Origin: Oscillospiraceae bacterium
GTDB taxonomy: Bacteria; Bacillota; Clostridia; Oscillospirales; CAG-272
DNA: 64,000 bases
Assembly: GCA_015064695.1 (NCBI GenBank)
Contig: SVRS01000001.1
Span: forward strand, 149,811-213,810
Direction: 5' to 3'
Below the pieces are notes generated by a model, which had not been told where the DNA came from, did not search any database, and was given only the letters and a program-made list of their open reading frames with translations. Positions 28,665-36,820 of the stretch are shown in pieces; position 1 is the first letter of the stretch; each line of letters opens with the position of its first letter. A program made the position numbers and the translations under genes.

Positions 28665-30617
28665 TCAAGATTGGAGGAAATAAACGTTTTCTTCGAGAAT
28701 GGGGGGGTTGTGATTCGCGATTTGGATGCGGCTCCATTGCTGATCGGTGCCGCGGAAATAGATCCTTGTCAGCGCCTCACAGCTGTGGAAGGCGAATTCT
28801 CCGATAGAGGTCAAGCTGCTCCCCAGGGTGAGGGAATTCAGAGCATTACAATCATAGAATGCATACCGATCAATGGTGACCACACCGTTGGGGATGGTGA
28901 TCGACGTCAAGCTCTGGCAGCTGTAGAAGGCCTCTTTTCCAATGGAGGTGATGCTTTCGGGGAGGATCACCTCGGTCAGCGCGGTACAACAGGCGAAGGC
29001 ACTCGGGGAGATTTCGGTGACTCCTTCGGGAACGGTTATGGAGGTAAGGGCGTAACAATCGCAGAAGGCGTATTCTCCGATGGAGGTCACAGTGTCGGGG
29101 AGTGTGATGGAGGGGAGTGCATTGCAGTTGGCGAAGGCGGCGTATTCCAGCGTGGTCAATCCCTCGGGGAGGGTCACCTCGATCAGGCTTCTGCAATTAC
29201 TGAATGCTTCCTTGCGGATGACCGTGACCCGGGGCGGCAGCGCTACGGAGGTCAGACCGGTGCATTGTCCAAAGGCGCTGGCTCCGATATCGGTAACCGT
29301 GTCGGGGATATCGATCTCGGTCAAGGCGGAGCAAGCGAAGAAGGCCTCGTCCCCGATGACGGTGACGGTGTCGGGTATGGATATATGAGGCAGATCATGG
29401 CAATAGCCAAAGGCACCTTCTCCAATGGTGAGGAGGCCGTCGGGGAGAATAACCGAGGTCAGGGATTGACACCCCAAGAAGGTCTGGGCATCAACGGTGC
29501 GGATCCCATCGGGGATGCGAATGGATACGAGCTTCGGGCAATCGGAGAAGACGGCCTGCCCCATGGAGAGAAGGCGCTCGGGGAGAGAGACCGATACCAG
29601 ACTATGGCAACAGGCAAAAACGTGGTGGCCCAGGGAGGTCACGCTCCGGGGAACCGTAACCTCGGTCAGACTGCGGCAGTTCATAAAGGCTTGGCTTCCG
29701 ATTTCCGTCACACCGTTGGGAATGGTGATTTCGGTCAGTACCCTACATTCGTTGAGGAATTCTTCCGGAATTTCGGTGATGCGCTGAGGCAGGCGGATGC
29801 TTTTCAGCTCCACGCAGTAGGAGAAGACGCCGGCGCCGAGGTGGGTGATGCTGTCGGGCAGGGTGGCCCGGGTCAGCTTGGAGCAGTTGGCAAAGGCGTT
29901 ATCCCCTAAGAAGGTGACACTGTCCGGGAGGGTGATTTCAGTCAGCTTGGAGCAGTTGGCGAAGGCCGCTTGCTCGATGCGGGTAACACTGTTGGGAATC
30001 CGGACGGAGGTCAATTCCCTGCAGTTGCGGAAGGCGTTGACACCGATGGAGGTAATGCCCTCGGGAATGAACACCGAGGTCATGCAATCGTAGCCGATAA
30101 AGGCGTCATCTCCAATGGCGGTGATGGGATATCCCTCGCAGGAATCGGGAATATGAACGGAGGATCTGTAGACTTCCCCGACGCTTGTAAGGGTATAGGA
30201 GCGGGTGTCCCGATTGTAGGAAAAGGTCATTCCGTCGAGGGTCACCGTGGCGGGGGAAGGGACGGTCTCCTGGGTGGTGACCTCCTCGTGGGGCTCCGTA
30301 TCGGTTTCGGGAGGTGGGGAGACGGATTCCGTATCGGGGGAGGGCTTGGTTCCCACGGGGCCGATGACGGGCGGTCGGGAGCCCACCCACATGAGGGCGC
30401 AGACGGTGCTGAGGGCTACGGCGGCACAGAGCAGGGCAACACCCCAGCCGCTTTGCATGAAGCGAGTCAGAGGATTGTTTCTTGCTTCGCGGTATACGCG
30501 AGGACGGACTCCCACGATGGGCGTGGGGTCATCCAAAAGCCCCAGGACCTCGGCGGCTTCCTCGATGAAGTCGTCGCGGATCAGAGACAATACGTCAAAT
30601 GCTTGTTGTCCTGTCAT
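28665..30617 (-). CDS. Putative anti-sigma factor with extracellular BspA-type LRR domain (about 20 repeats)
   Basis: Cytoplasmic VLSLIRDDFIEEAA, TM GWGVALLCAAVALSTVCALMW, 23-aa LRR_5 units; 4-bp overlap with the sigma gene. Confidence 0.82.
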   Translation of the reverse strand: MTGQQAFDVLSLIRDDFIEEAAEVLGLLDDPTPIVGVRPRVYREARNNPLTRFMQSGWGVALLCAAVALSTVCALMWVGSRPPVIGPVGTKPSPDTESVSPPPETDTEPHEEVTTQETVPSPATVTLDGMTFSYNRDTRSYTLTSVGEVYRSSVHIPDSCEGYPITAIGDDAFIGYDCMTSVFIPEGITSIGVNAFRNCRELTSVRIPNSVTRIEQAAFANCSKLTEITLPDSVTFLGDNAFANCSKLTRATLPDSITHLGAGVFSYCVELKSIRLPQRITEIPEEFLNECRVLTEITIPNGVTEIGSQAFMNCRSLTEVTVPRSVTSLGHHVFACCHSLVSVSLPERLLSMGQAVFSDCPKLVSIRIPDGIRTVDAQTFLGCQSLTSVILPDGLLTIGEGAFGYCHDLPHISIPDTVTVIGDEAFFACSALTEIDIPDTVTDIGASAFGQCTGLTSVALPPRVTVIRKEAFSNCRSLIEVTLPEGLTTLEYAAFANCNALPSITLPDTVTSIGEYAFCDCYALTSITVPEGVTEISPSAFACCTALTEVILPESITSIGKEAFYSCQSLTSITIPNGVVTIDRYAFYDCNALNSLTLGSSLTSIGEFAFHSCEALTRIYFRGTDQQWSRIQIANHNPPILEENVYFLQS

Positions 30618-31174
30618 AGACGGTACCCTCTTTCTGTCAGGTAGGCCCGTAGCTTCTCCCGAATCCTATGCAATCGTATAGAGGCGGCGTTGGAGGTCAG
30701 ATCCAGGCGAGCGGCCAGATCCTGCACGGGACGGGCGTACCAGTACCGTCCCACGAACAGGGCACGGTCTTCTTTATTTAATGAAGCAAGGAAATCGTTC
30801 AACAGGTCGGGAAGCTGCGAGGAGGATTCGGACAGGGGAATGCAGGACTCCAGCTCTTGAAGAGACAGGGTCAGCTCTCGATTGCGCTTGGCGGCTCGCA
30901 TATCCCGCAGTCGATTCAGGGACAGGTTGCGTACGATGCGGCAGACGAAGGCGCACAGGGACGCGGGACGGGTGGGCGGAATGGAATTCCAGGTTTTCAG
31001 ATAGGTATCGTTGAGGCATTCCTCTGCGTCGGGCTGGCTATTTACGATATCCATGGATATCTGCAGGCAGAGCTTTCCGTATTTGGCGTCGGTCTCACGG
31101 ATGGCTTGCTCGTTTCGGGCAAAGTACAGCTCCACGATTTCGGTGTCGGAGCAAAAGGGGGGCGCGTGTTTCAT
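30614..31174 (-). CDS. ECF RNA polymerase sigma factor (cassette 1)
   Basis: DAEECLNDTYLKTWNSIPP, LFVGRYWY...AASIRLHRIREKLR; AAAGGAG RBS. Confidence 0.92.
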   Translation of the reverse strand: MKHAPPFCSDTEIVELYFARNEQAIRETDAKYGKLCLQISMDIVNSQPDAEECLNDTYLKTWNSIPPTRPASLCAFVCRIVRNLSLNRLRDMRAAKRNRELTLSLQELESCIPLSESSSQLPDLLNDFLASLNKEDRALFVGRYWYARPVQDLAARLDLTSNAASIRLHRIREKLRAYLTERGYRL

Positions 31175-31196
31175 AGAGGGACTCCTTTCGGTGTTC

Positions 31197-31233
31197 TACC
31201 TATTAAGACACGGAACGTGGGGTGAATCTTTCC
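31197..31233 (-). promoter_or_regulatory. Putative ECF autoregulatory promoter (cassette 1)
   Basis: GTGTCTTAATAGGTA preceded by GGAAAG; matches the motif at 25725-25739. Confidence 0.5.
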
Positions 31234-31240
31234 GAAATGC

Positions 31241-31278
31241 AAAAAAAATGTGTGGGATCCGCATGGCAGATCCCACGG
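31241..31278 (-). terminator. Terminator after GH3
   Basis: GTGGGATC/GATCCCAC stem and a T8 tract on the minus strand. Confidence 0.7.
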
Positions 31279-31299
31279 AGCTTCTTGGGAGGGGGGTGA

Positions 31300-33552
31300 T
31301 CAGGAAACCACGATGGTTTGATTCAGACGAATATCATTGGAGGATGCGCCCACCATGATCTCGAACTCGCCGGGCTCAACCACCCACTTCCAATCGCGGT
31401 TCAGCAGCTTGAAGTCGTCGAAGTCAAGCTCGAAGCGGATCTCACAGGCCTCGCCTGCTTCCAGGGTGACGCGCTTGAACTTGCGGAGTACCTTTTCGGG
31501 GGTGACGATGGAGCTTTCGGGATCGTTTACGTAGAGCTGAGCCACCTCGTCGCCGGCGCGGTCGCCCACGTTCTTGACGGTGAAGGTTACCTCAAAGCGG
31601 TACAGGCCCAGAGACTTGATGGAAAGGTCGCTATACTCAAATTTCGTATAGGACAGACCGAAGCCGAAGGGGTACATGGGTGCGCGGGGTCCCTCCAGGT
31701 AATCGCAGGAGCCGCCGGGCAGACGGGTGTAGTAGCAGGGGATCATGCCCTCGTCGTAGGGGTAGGACACGGTCAGACGGCCTGCGGGGTTGACGTCACC
31801 CGCCAGAGTGTTGACGATGGCCTTGGCACCGAATTCGCCGCCGAAGCCGGCTACCAGAATGGAGGCGCAGACGGGGGTTTCGGCGGAGAGGTCTACCGCC
31901 TTTCCGTTCTCCAGCACCAGCACCACGGGGGTACCCGTCTCGGCTACCTTCAGGATCAGCTCTCGCTGACGGCCGGCCAGCACCAGGCGGGAGCGGTCAC
32001 AGCCCTCGCCGCTGGATACGGTGTTGTCACCGCAGACCAGGATGGCGATCTCGGAATTCCTGGCAATCTCCACGGCCTCGTCGATCATGTCCGCGATGTC
32101 GGCATCCAGCATACGGGTCAGGTGGGGCTGACCGTCCACGTAACGAACGGTTTCACCATGGGTGTGGGTGATGGCGCAACCGTCGCACTGGTGGATCTCG
32201 GCGGCAGGATAGCGCTCCTTCAGCTCGTCGTAGACAGACTTGATGGTGTAGCCCATGGGGACGGAGGAATAGCCGCCGATCTTTTGGGCGGCGGAGCAGG
32301 GACCGATGACGGCGATCTTCTTGTAGCCGTCCTTCAAAGGCAGGATTCCGTTGTTGGTCAGAAGGACCATGGCCTCCTCGGCGGACTTGAGGGAGACGGC
32401 GGCGTGCTTGTCACAACGCAGGATATCCTTGTAGGCGTTTTCGTCGGCGTAGGGATTCTCAAAGAGACCCAGCTCGAACTTCATCTTGAGGATGCGGAGG
32501 ACCGAATCGTCGATCCGGGATTCCTGGAGCTTACCGGCCTTAACCAGGTCATAGACGGTCTTGTTCCAGAAGCGGGCATCGTAATCGCAGGCACCCTGCA
32601 TATCCAGACCGCCGGAGAGACAGCGGCGGACGCACTCCTCCCGGGTCTTGGCGACCTTGTGGTAGCCGATCAAACGGCCGACGCCGCCCCAGTCGGCGCG
32701 GGACACGCCTCGCATACCCCAGCGCTCCTTCAGCACCTCGGTCATGTAGTAGGGGCTTTCGGTGACGATCTCGCCGTCGATGCTGTTGTAGGAGGACATG
32801 ACGTTGTAGGCACCGCCACGCACGATGCCGGCCTCGAATACGGGCAGGTAGACGGTCTCCACCTCGCGGCGGCCCACACGGGCGGGAGCGCAGTTGATGC
32901 CGCCCTCGGGCGTACCGTACACGCAGTAGTGCTTGGGCTCGGCAATAACCGTGTCACCACGGGAAATGTCACCCTTCTGCTCACCGGAAATGATGGCTAC
33001 GGCCATTTCGGAGGACAGGTAGGTGTCCTCACCGAAGGTCTCCTCCATGCGGCCCCAGCGGGGATCGCGGGCCACGTCCAGGTTGGGCGCCAGGATCTCG
33101 TGATGGCCCATGACACGTGTCTCATGGGCAATACCGTCACCGATGGCGTTGACGATCTCGGGGTCAAAGGACTGGGACAGGGTCAGGGGAACGGGGAAAA
33201 TGGATGCACCGTGGAAGGCGAGACCGTGCAGGGCCTCGGCGGTGAAGATGGCGGGGATACCCAAACGGGTCTTTTCCACCAGGTACCGCTGCATACGGTT
33301 CTTGATGAAGGGCTCGGAGTAGATATCGTGAATGTAGCCGATACCCTGGGTGCCGACGTATTCCTGATACCGATCCTCCATGAAGGTGTCGTCGGGCTCA
33401 ACGGTGCAACAATCGGTCCTATCGCTGTCTACGTGGAAATTGGTGCCTCGGATAATGTTGATTTGAGCAATTTTTTCCTCAAGGGTCATGCGGGCGAGCA
33501 GGTCCTTCGCGCGCTCCTCGGGAGTCAGGGCGGGATTCTTGTACGCTTCCAT
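31300..33552 (-). CDS. Glycoside hydrolase family 3 (beta-glucosidase/beta-xylosidase)
   Basis: EALHG, RDPRWGRMEETFGED, PKHY, ADW nucleophile motif, YPFGFGLSYT, Fn3-like C-terminus; start MEAYKNP. Confidence 0.93.
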   Translation of the reverse strand: MEAYKNPALTPEERAKDLLARMTLEEKIAQINIIRGTNFHVDSDRTDCCTVEPDDTFMEDRYQEYVGTQGIGYIHDIYSEPFIKNRMQRYLVEKTRLGIPAIFTAEALHGLAFHGASIFPVPLTLSQSFDPEIVNAIGDGIAHETRVMGHHEILAPNLDVARDPRWGRMEETFGEDTYLSSEMAVAIISGEQKGDISRGDTVIAEPKHYCVYGTPEGGINCAPARVGRREVETVYLPVFEAGIVRGGAYNVMSSYNSIDGEIVTESPYYMTEVLKERWGMRGVSRADWGGVGRLIGYHKVAKTREECVRRCLSGGLDMQGACDYDARFWNKTVYDLVKAGKLQESRIDDSVLRILKMKFELGLFENPYADENAYKDILRCDKHAAVSLKSAEEAMVLLTNNGILPLKDGYKKIAVIGPCSAAQKIGGYSSVPMGYTIKSVYDELKERYPAAEIHQCDGCAITHTHGETVRYVDGQPHLTRMLDADIADMIDEAVEIARNSEIAILVCGDNTVSSGEGCDRSRLVLAGRQRELILKVAETGTPVVLVLENGKAVDLSAETPVCASILVAGFGGEFGAKAIVNTLAGDVNPAGRLTVSYPYDEGMIPCYYTRLPGGSCDYLEGPRAPMYPFGFGLSYTKFEYSDLSIKSLGLYRFEVTFTVKNVGDRAGDEVAQLYVNDPESSIVTPEKVLRKFKRVTLEAGEACEIRFELDFDDFKLLNRDWKWVVEPGEFEIMVGASSNDIRLNQTIVVS

Positions 33553-33580
33553 AGTGAGTTCTCCTTTTCGATTGTCTTTT

Positions 33581-33653
33581 AGGAACCTCTGCAATTTCGT
33601 CATGCGAAAAATCGTCCTGCCGATTTTCGGATGCTGAGTATGTAGAAGCACCC
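33581..33653. mobile_element. Degenerate short MITE copy in the GH3 5' leader
   Basis: AGGAACCTCTGCAATTTC...GCTGAGTATGTAGAAGCACCC resembles the ends of the 22000 and 52492 elements. Confidence 0.5.
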
Positions 33654-33691
33654 CGGTGGGATGAAAATCAACGGAATTGCTGATTGGAATT

Positions 33692-33720
33692 ATTATACCA
33701 TAGATTTCTGTGCGTGTCAA
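33692..33720 (-). promoter_or_regulatory. sigmaA promoter of GH3
   Basis: TTGACA-N17-TATAAT with TG extension. Confidence 0.8.
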
Positions 33721-33954
33721 GTTTTTTTGTGGGAAATCCCGCAGCCGTTTGGACGGTAGTCTGAACTTTTTTCGTGACAAAATTCACAGAAATTCATGAA
33801 AAATCCTCTTGCTATTCCGAAAGAATTATGCTATAATATTATGTGGAATTTTTTCGTATTCTGCGGACGTTCGGTGGCGGAGCTTTTTTCGGCTCGCTCG
33901 ACGCAGAATCATGAAAGATCTCCCATTATCTGCACATTGGAGGAGCCTTGTCCC

Positions 33955-34539
33955 GTGAATCTTGTTCTTGCGTCTGCCTCTCCCCGTCGGCGGGAGATCC
34001 TGTCGACCCTGGGATTGGAATTTACCGTTTGTACCGCCGATGCGGACGAGACCTGCGAGCTGTCAGATCCCGGCGCACGGGTGGAGGCCATTTCTCTTCG
34101 TAAGTGTCTGGCTGTTCAGGAGCTTCTTGAAGCAAGGGGGGAGCTTATGCCCGATACCGTGATCCTGGCATCGGATACGTTGGTGACTCTGGACGGAGTA
34201 TTTCTCGGTAAGCCTGCCGACGAGGCGGACGCCCGTCGTATGCTTCGGATGTTGCAGGGACGCAGTCATGCGGTAGCCAGCGGATTGGCGATCTGGAAGG
34301 ATGGAAGGACGGTCGCGGCCCACGAGCTGACACAGGTGACCTTTGCTCCCATGACCGAGGAGGAGATCGGGATCTACGTGTCCACGGGCGAATCCTTCGG
34401 TAAAGCCGGCGCCTACGCCGTGCAGGGCTATGCATCCCGTTATATTGCGGGGATTCGGGGAGACTACTTCAACGTGGTTGGCCTGCCTGTCCGCCGCCTG
34501 TATGAGACAATGCGGGACGGCTTCGGTATGACACTGTAA
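33955..34539 (+). CDS. maf: Maf nucleotide pyrophosphatase
   Basis: LVLASASPRRREIL, ASDT, GKP, GKAGAYAVQG, NVVGLP; GTG start after GGAGG. Confidence 0.93.
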   Translation: MNLVLASASPRRREILSTLGLEFTVCTADADETCELSDPGARVEAISLRKCLAVQELLEARGELMPDTVILASDTLVTLDGVFLGKPADEADARRMLRMLQGRSHAVASGLAIWKDGRTVAAHELTQVTFAPMTEEEIGIYVSTGESFGKAGAYAVQGYASRYIAGIRGDYFNVVGLPVRRLYETMRDGFGMTL

Positions 34540-34589
34540 TTTTTGCTTCAATATCTTGCGTTCCCAAGCTGTGGAGAAAGGAGGCCCTC

Positions 34590-35597
34590 ATGGCCCGTTT
34601 GGTCGGACTTGACATTGGAACTACATATACGCGCATCTGGACCCAGGACGGCGGCGTTGTTTTGCGTTGCCCTTCGGCGGCGGCCATTGACGGCCAGACC
34701 CGTAAGCTGGTGGCCTTGGGAGCTGAGGCACGCAAGATGCTTGGAAAAACGCCCCAGGATATCCTGGCCTCTTGCCCGATCAAGGAGGGAATGGTATCCG
34801 AATTTGACGTGGCCGCCCGTATGGTTCGGACCATGTTTCTGAATAAAAAAATCTGCTCCACCTTCAACCGCCCGGCAGTTCTGCTGGCCACGCCCTACCG
34901 TATCGATCAGGTGCAACAGCTGGCCGCAGAAAATACCGTCATTGAGGCGGGAGCGCGGGCCGTTGCTCAGGTGCCTGCTATTTTTGCCGCAGCGGCGGGG
35001 GCCGGATTGCGGGTAGCATCTCCCCGCGGATGCATGATCCTGGATATTGGAGGAGGCTTGTCCGAGACGGCTGTTATCAGTCTGGGTGGAATCATAGCCG
35101 GCCGATCGCTCAAGGTAGCGGGAGAGAAATTCGATGCCGCTATCATGAATTATCTGAGGCAGAAGCGGAATCTGGTGGTAGGCGCCGCCACCGCCGAGGA
35201 GCTTCGGGTTCGGATCGGCGTTTGCGACAGTCACATGGATCGAGGCAGCATGACGGTATACGGCCGTAACGCCCGCACGGGACTCGCTTCCCGCCAGGAG
35301 GTATTCTCATCGGAAATCTGCGAGGCGATCACACCGGCCATCGTGGCCATTGCCCGCACGGCAATCAGCCTGTTGGAGGAGGTCCCTCCCGAGATTGCGG
35401 CGGATATTTATGATTACGGTATGATGCTGACGGGTGGGTGCGCCCTGATGCCGGGTATGGCGGAGGCGCTCCACCGCGAGACGGGCCTACGGGTTACGCC
35501 GGCCGAGCATCCCCGGGATTCGGTCATCCACGGTCTGGGACGGATCCTGAATCACCCCACCCTGTGGGGGACGCCCCTGGAGTACCGCTTAAAATGA
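34590..35597 (+). CDS. Divergent MreB/Mbl-like actin homolog
   Basis: GLDIGT, RKMLGKTP, LDIGGG, AGEKFD, TAEELR, LTGGCAL; catalytic EEP region altered. Confidence 0.85.
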   Translation: MARLVGLDIGTTYTRIWTQDGGVVLRCPSAAAIDGQTRKLVALGAEARKMLGKTPQDILASCPIKEGMVSEFDVAARMVRTMFLNKKICSTFNRPAVLLATPYRIDQVQQLAAENTVIEAGARAVAQVPAIFAAAAGAGLRVASPRGCMILDIGGGLSETAVISLGGIIAGRSLKVAGEKFDAAIMNYLRQKRNLVVGAATAEELRVRIGVCDSHMDRGSMTVYGRNARTGLASRQEVFSSEICEAITPAIVAIARTAISLLEEVPPEIAADIYDYGMMLTGGCALMPGMAEALHRETGLRVTPAEHPRDSVIHGLGRILNHPTLWGTPLEYRLK

Positions 35598-35723
35598 TTC
35601 TTTTTGCGCTTCGCTTCCGCCGATCGTGGAGGTGAAGGCATCCCGTTCTATCGGGGGGTGACCGCGCAAGGCTCGGTACCTCCTGATTTTCAAATTTCAC
35701 CGTCTCGCATGAAAGGAGCTTCC

Positions 35724-36770
35724 ATGAATTCCGATTTCTACGTGCCCTCCGAGGTATCGCGTCAGGATGCGGCTCTGCCGCCGAATGAGGATAATACGGC
35801 GGAGATCCGTCGGCATTTTTCCAAGCTGGGCTTGGCATATCTCGTCATGACTGCGGCCTTTATGGCGGCGGCCTACGGCTTGCAGTACGCCGTGTGGCTG
35901 CTTCACCCGTCTTTACTGGCGGAGTGGTGGTTCAGCTGGGCCGTATCCCTGCTTCCTCTGTACGGAGTAGGCCTTCCGCTTCTTTTGTTGCTTTTGAGAA
36001 GGGTCCCCGCCTCTCCCCATAATACGGACTATACGCTTCGCGGGGTGACGGATGAAAAGCCGCGCTTTCACGTGGGCCATTGGCTGATCCTGTTGGCTAT
36101 AGCCTTTGCCTGTACCACGGCAGGGAGCGTAGTCGGCAACATCATTATGGCGGTGCTGTCTGCGGTGATGGACTACGATTACGCCTTTTCCCTGAACAGC
36201 ATGGTGCAAAGCACCCCCGTTTGGTTTACCTGCGTTTGTACCTGCATCTGTGCGCCCTTGGGTGAGGAGCTGCTTTTCCGTAAGCTGCTCATTGACCGCA
36301 CCCGCCGTTACGGAGACCTGACCGCGATCCTGCTTTCGGGCTTGCTTTTCGGTTTGTTCCACGGCAATTTGTTTCAGTTCTTCTACGCCGCCATGGTTGG
36401 TATGATCCTGGCGTACGTCTATACCCGATCGGGGAAGTATTGGTGGTGTGTGGCGATGCATGCCGCTATTAATCTGATGGGCAGTATCGTGATTCCGTCG
36501 CTGGCCGCCTATCTTCCCACCGCCCCCGGGAGCGCGATGGATCTCCGTGCGCTGCTGGTGAGCCTGGTCATTCTGCTTTGGCAGTACGGCATGCTGGCCT
36601 GCGGAATCGCACTCCTTTGCGTGTTCCTCGGCCGCCGCAAGCTTTCCGTGGGACGGGAGAGCCCGGAGGAGAAACGCCGCTTTTCCGTGATCCTACTGAA
36701 TCCCGGCATGATCGCCTATGGGATCGTCTTGATCCTTCTGCTGCTGGTCAGTCTTATCCCCGTCCGATAA
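35724..36770 (+). CDS. CPBP (Abi/CAAX) intramembrane metalloprotease
   Basis: APLGEELLFRK, FGLFHGN, HAAIN. Confidence 0.9.
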   Translation: MNSDFYVPSEVSRQDAALPPNEDNTAEIRRHFSKLGLAYLVMTAAFMAAAYGLQYAVWLLHPSLLAEWWFSWAVSLLPLYGVGLPLLLLLLRRVPASPHNTDYTLRGVTDEKPRFHVGHWLILLAIAFACTTAGSVVGNIIMAVLSAVMDYDYAFSLNSMVQSTPVWFTCVCTCICAPLGEELLFRKLLIDRTRRYGDLTAILLSGLLFGLFHGNLFQFFYAAMVGMILAYVYTRSGKYWWCVAMHAAINLMGSIVIPSLAAYLPTAPGSAMDLRALLVSLVILLWQYGMLACGIALLCVFLGRRKLSVGRESPEEKRRFSVILLNPGMIAYGIVLILLLLVSLIPVR

Positions 36771-36820
36771 AATTGCGAATTTGATTTTTACGACGATTTT
36801 TTTCCGAAAGGAGGCACCCC

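Noticed and set aside
23213-30617. Diversity-generating retroelement or invertase shufflon acting on the LRR genes
   Set aside because: No reverse transcriptase, recombinase, template/variable repeat pair or inverted recombination sites seen in the window.
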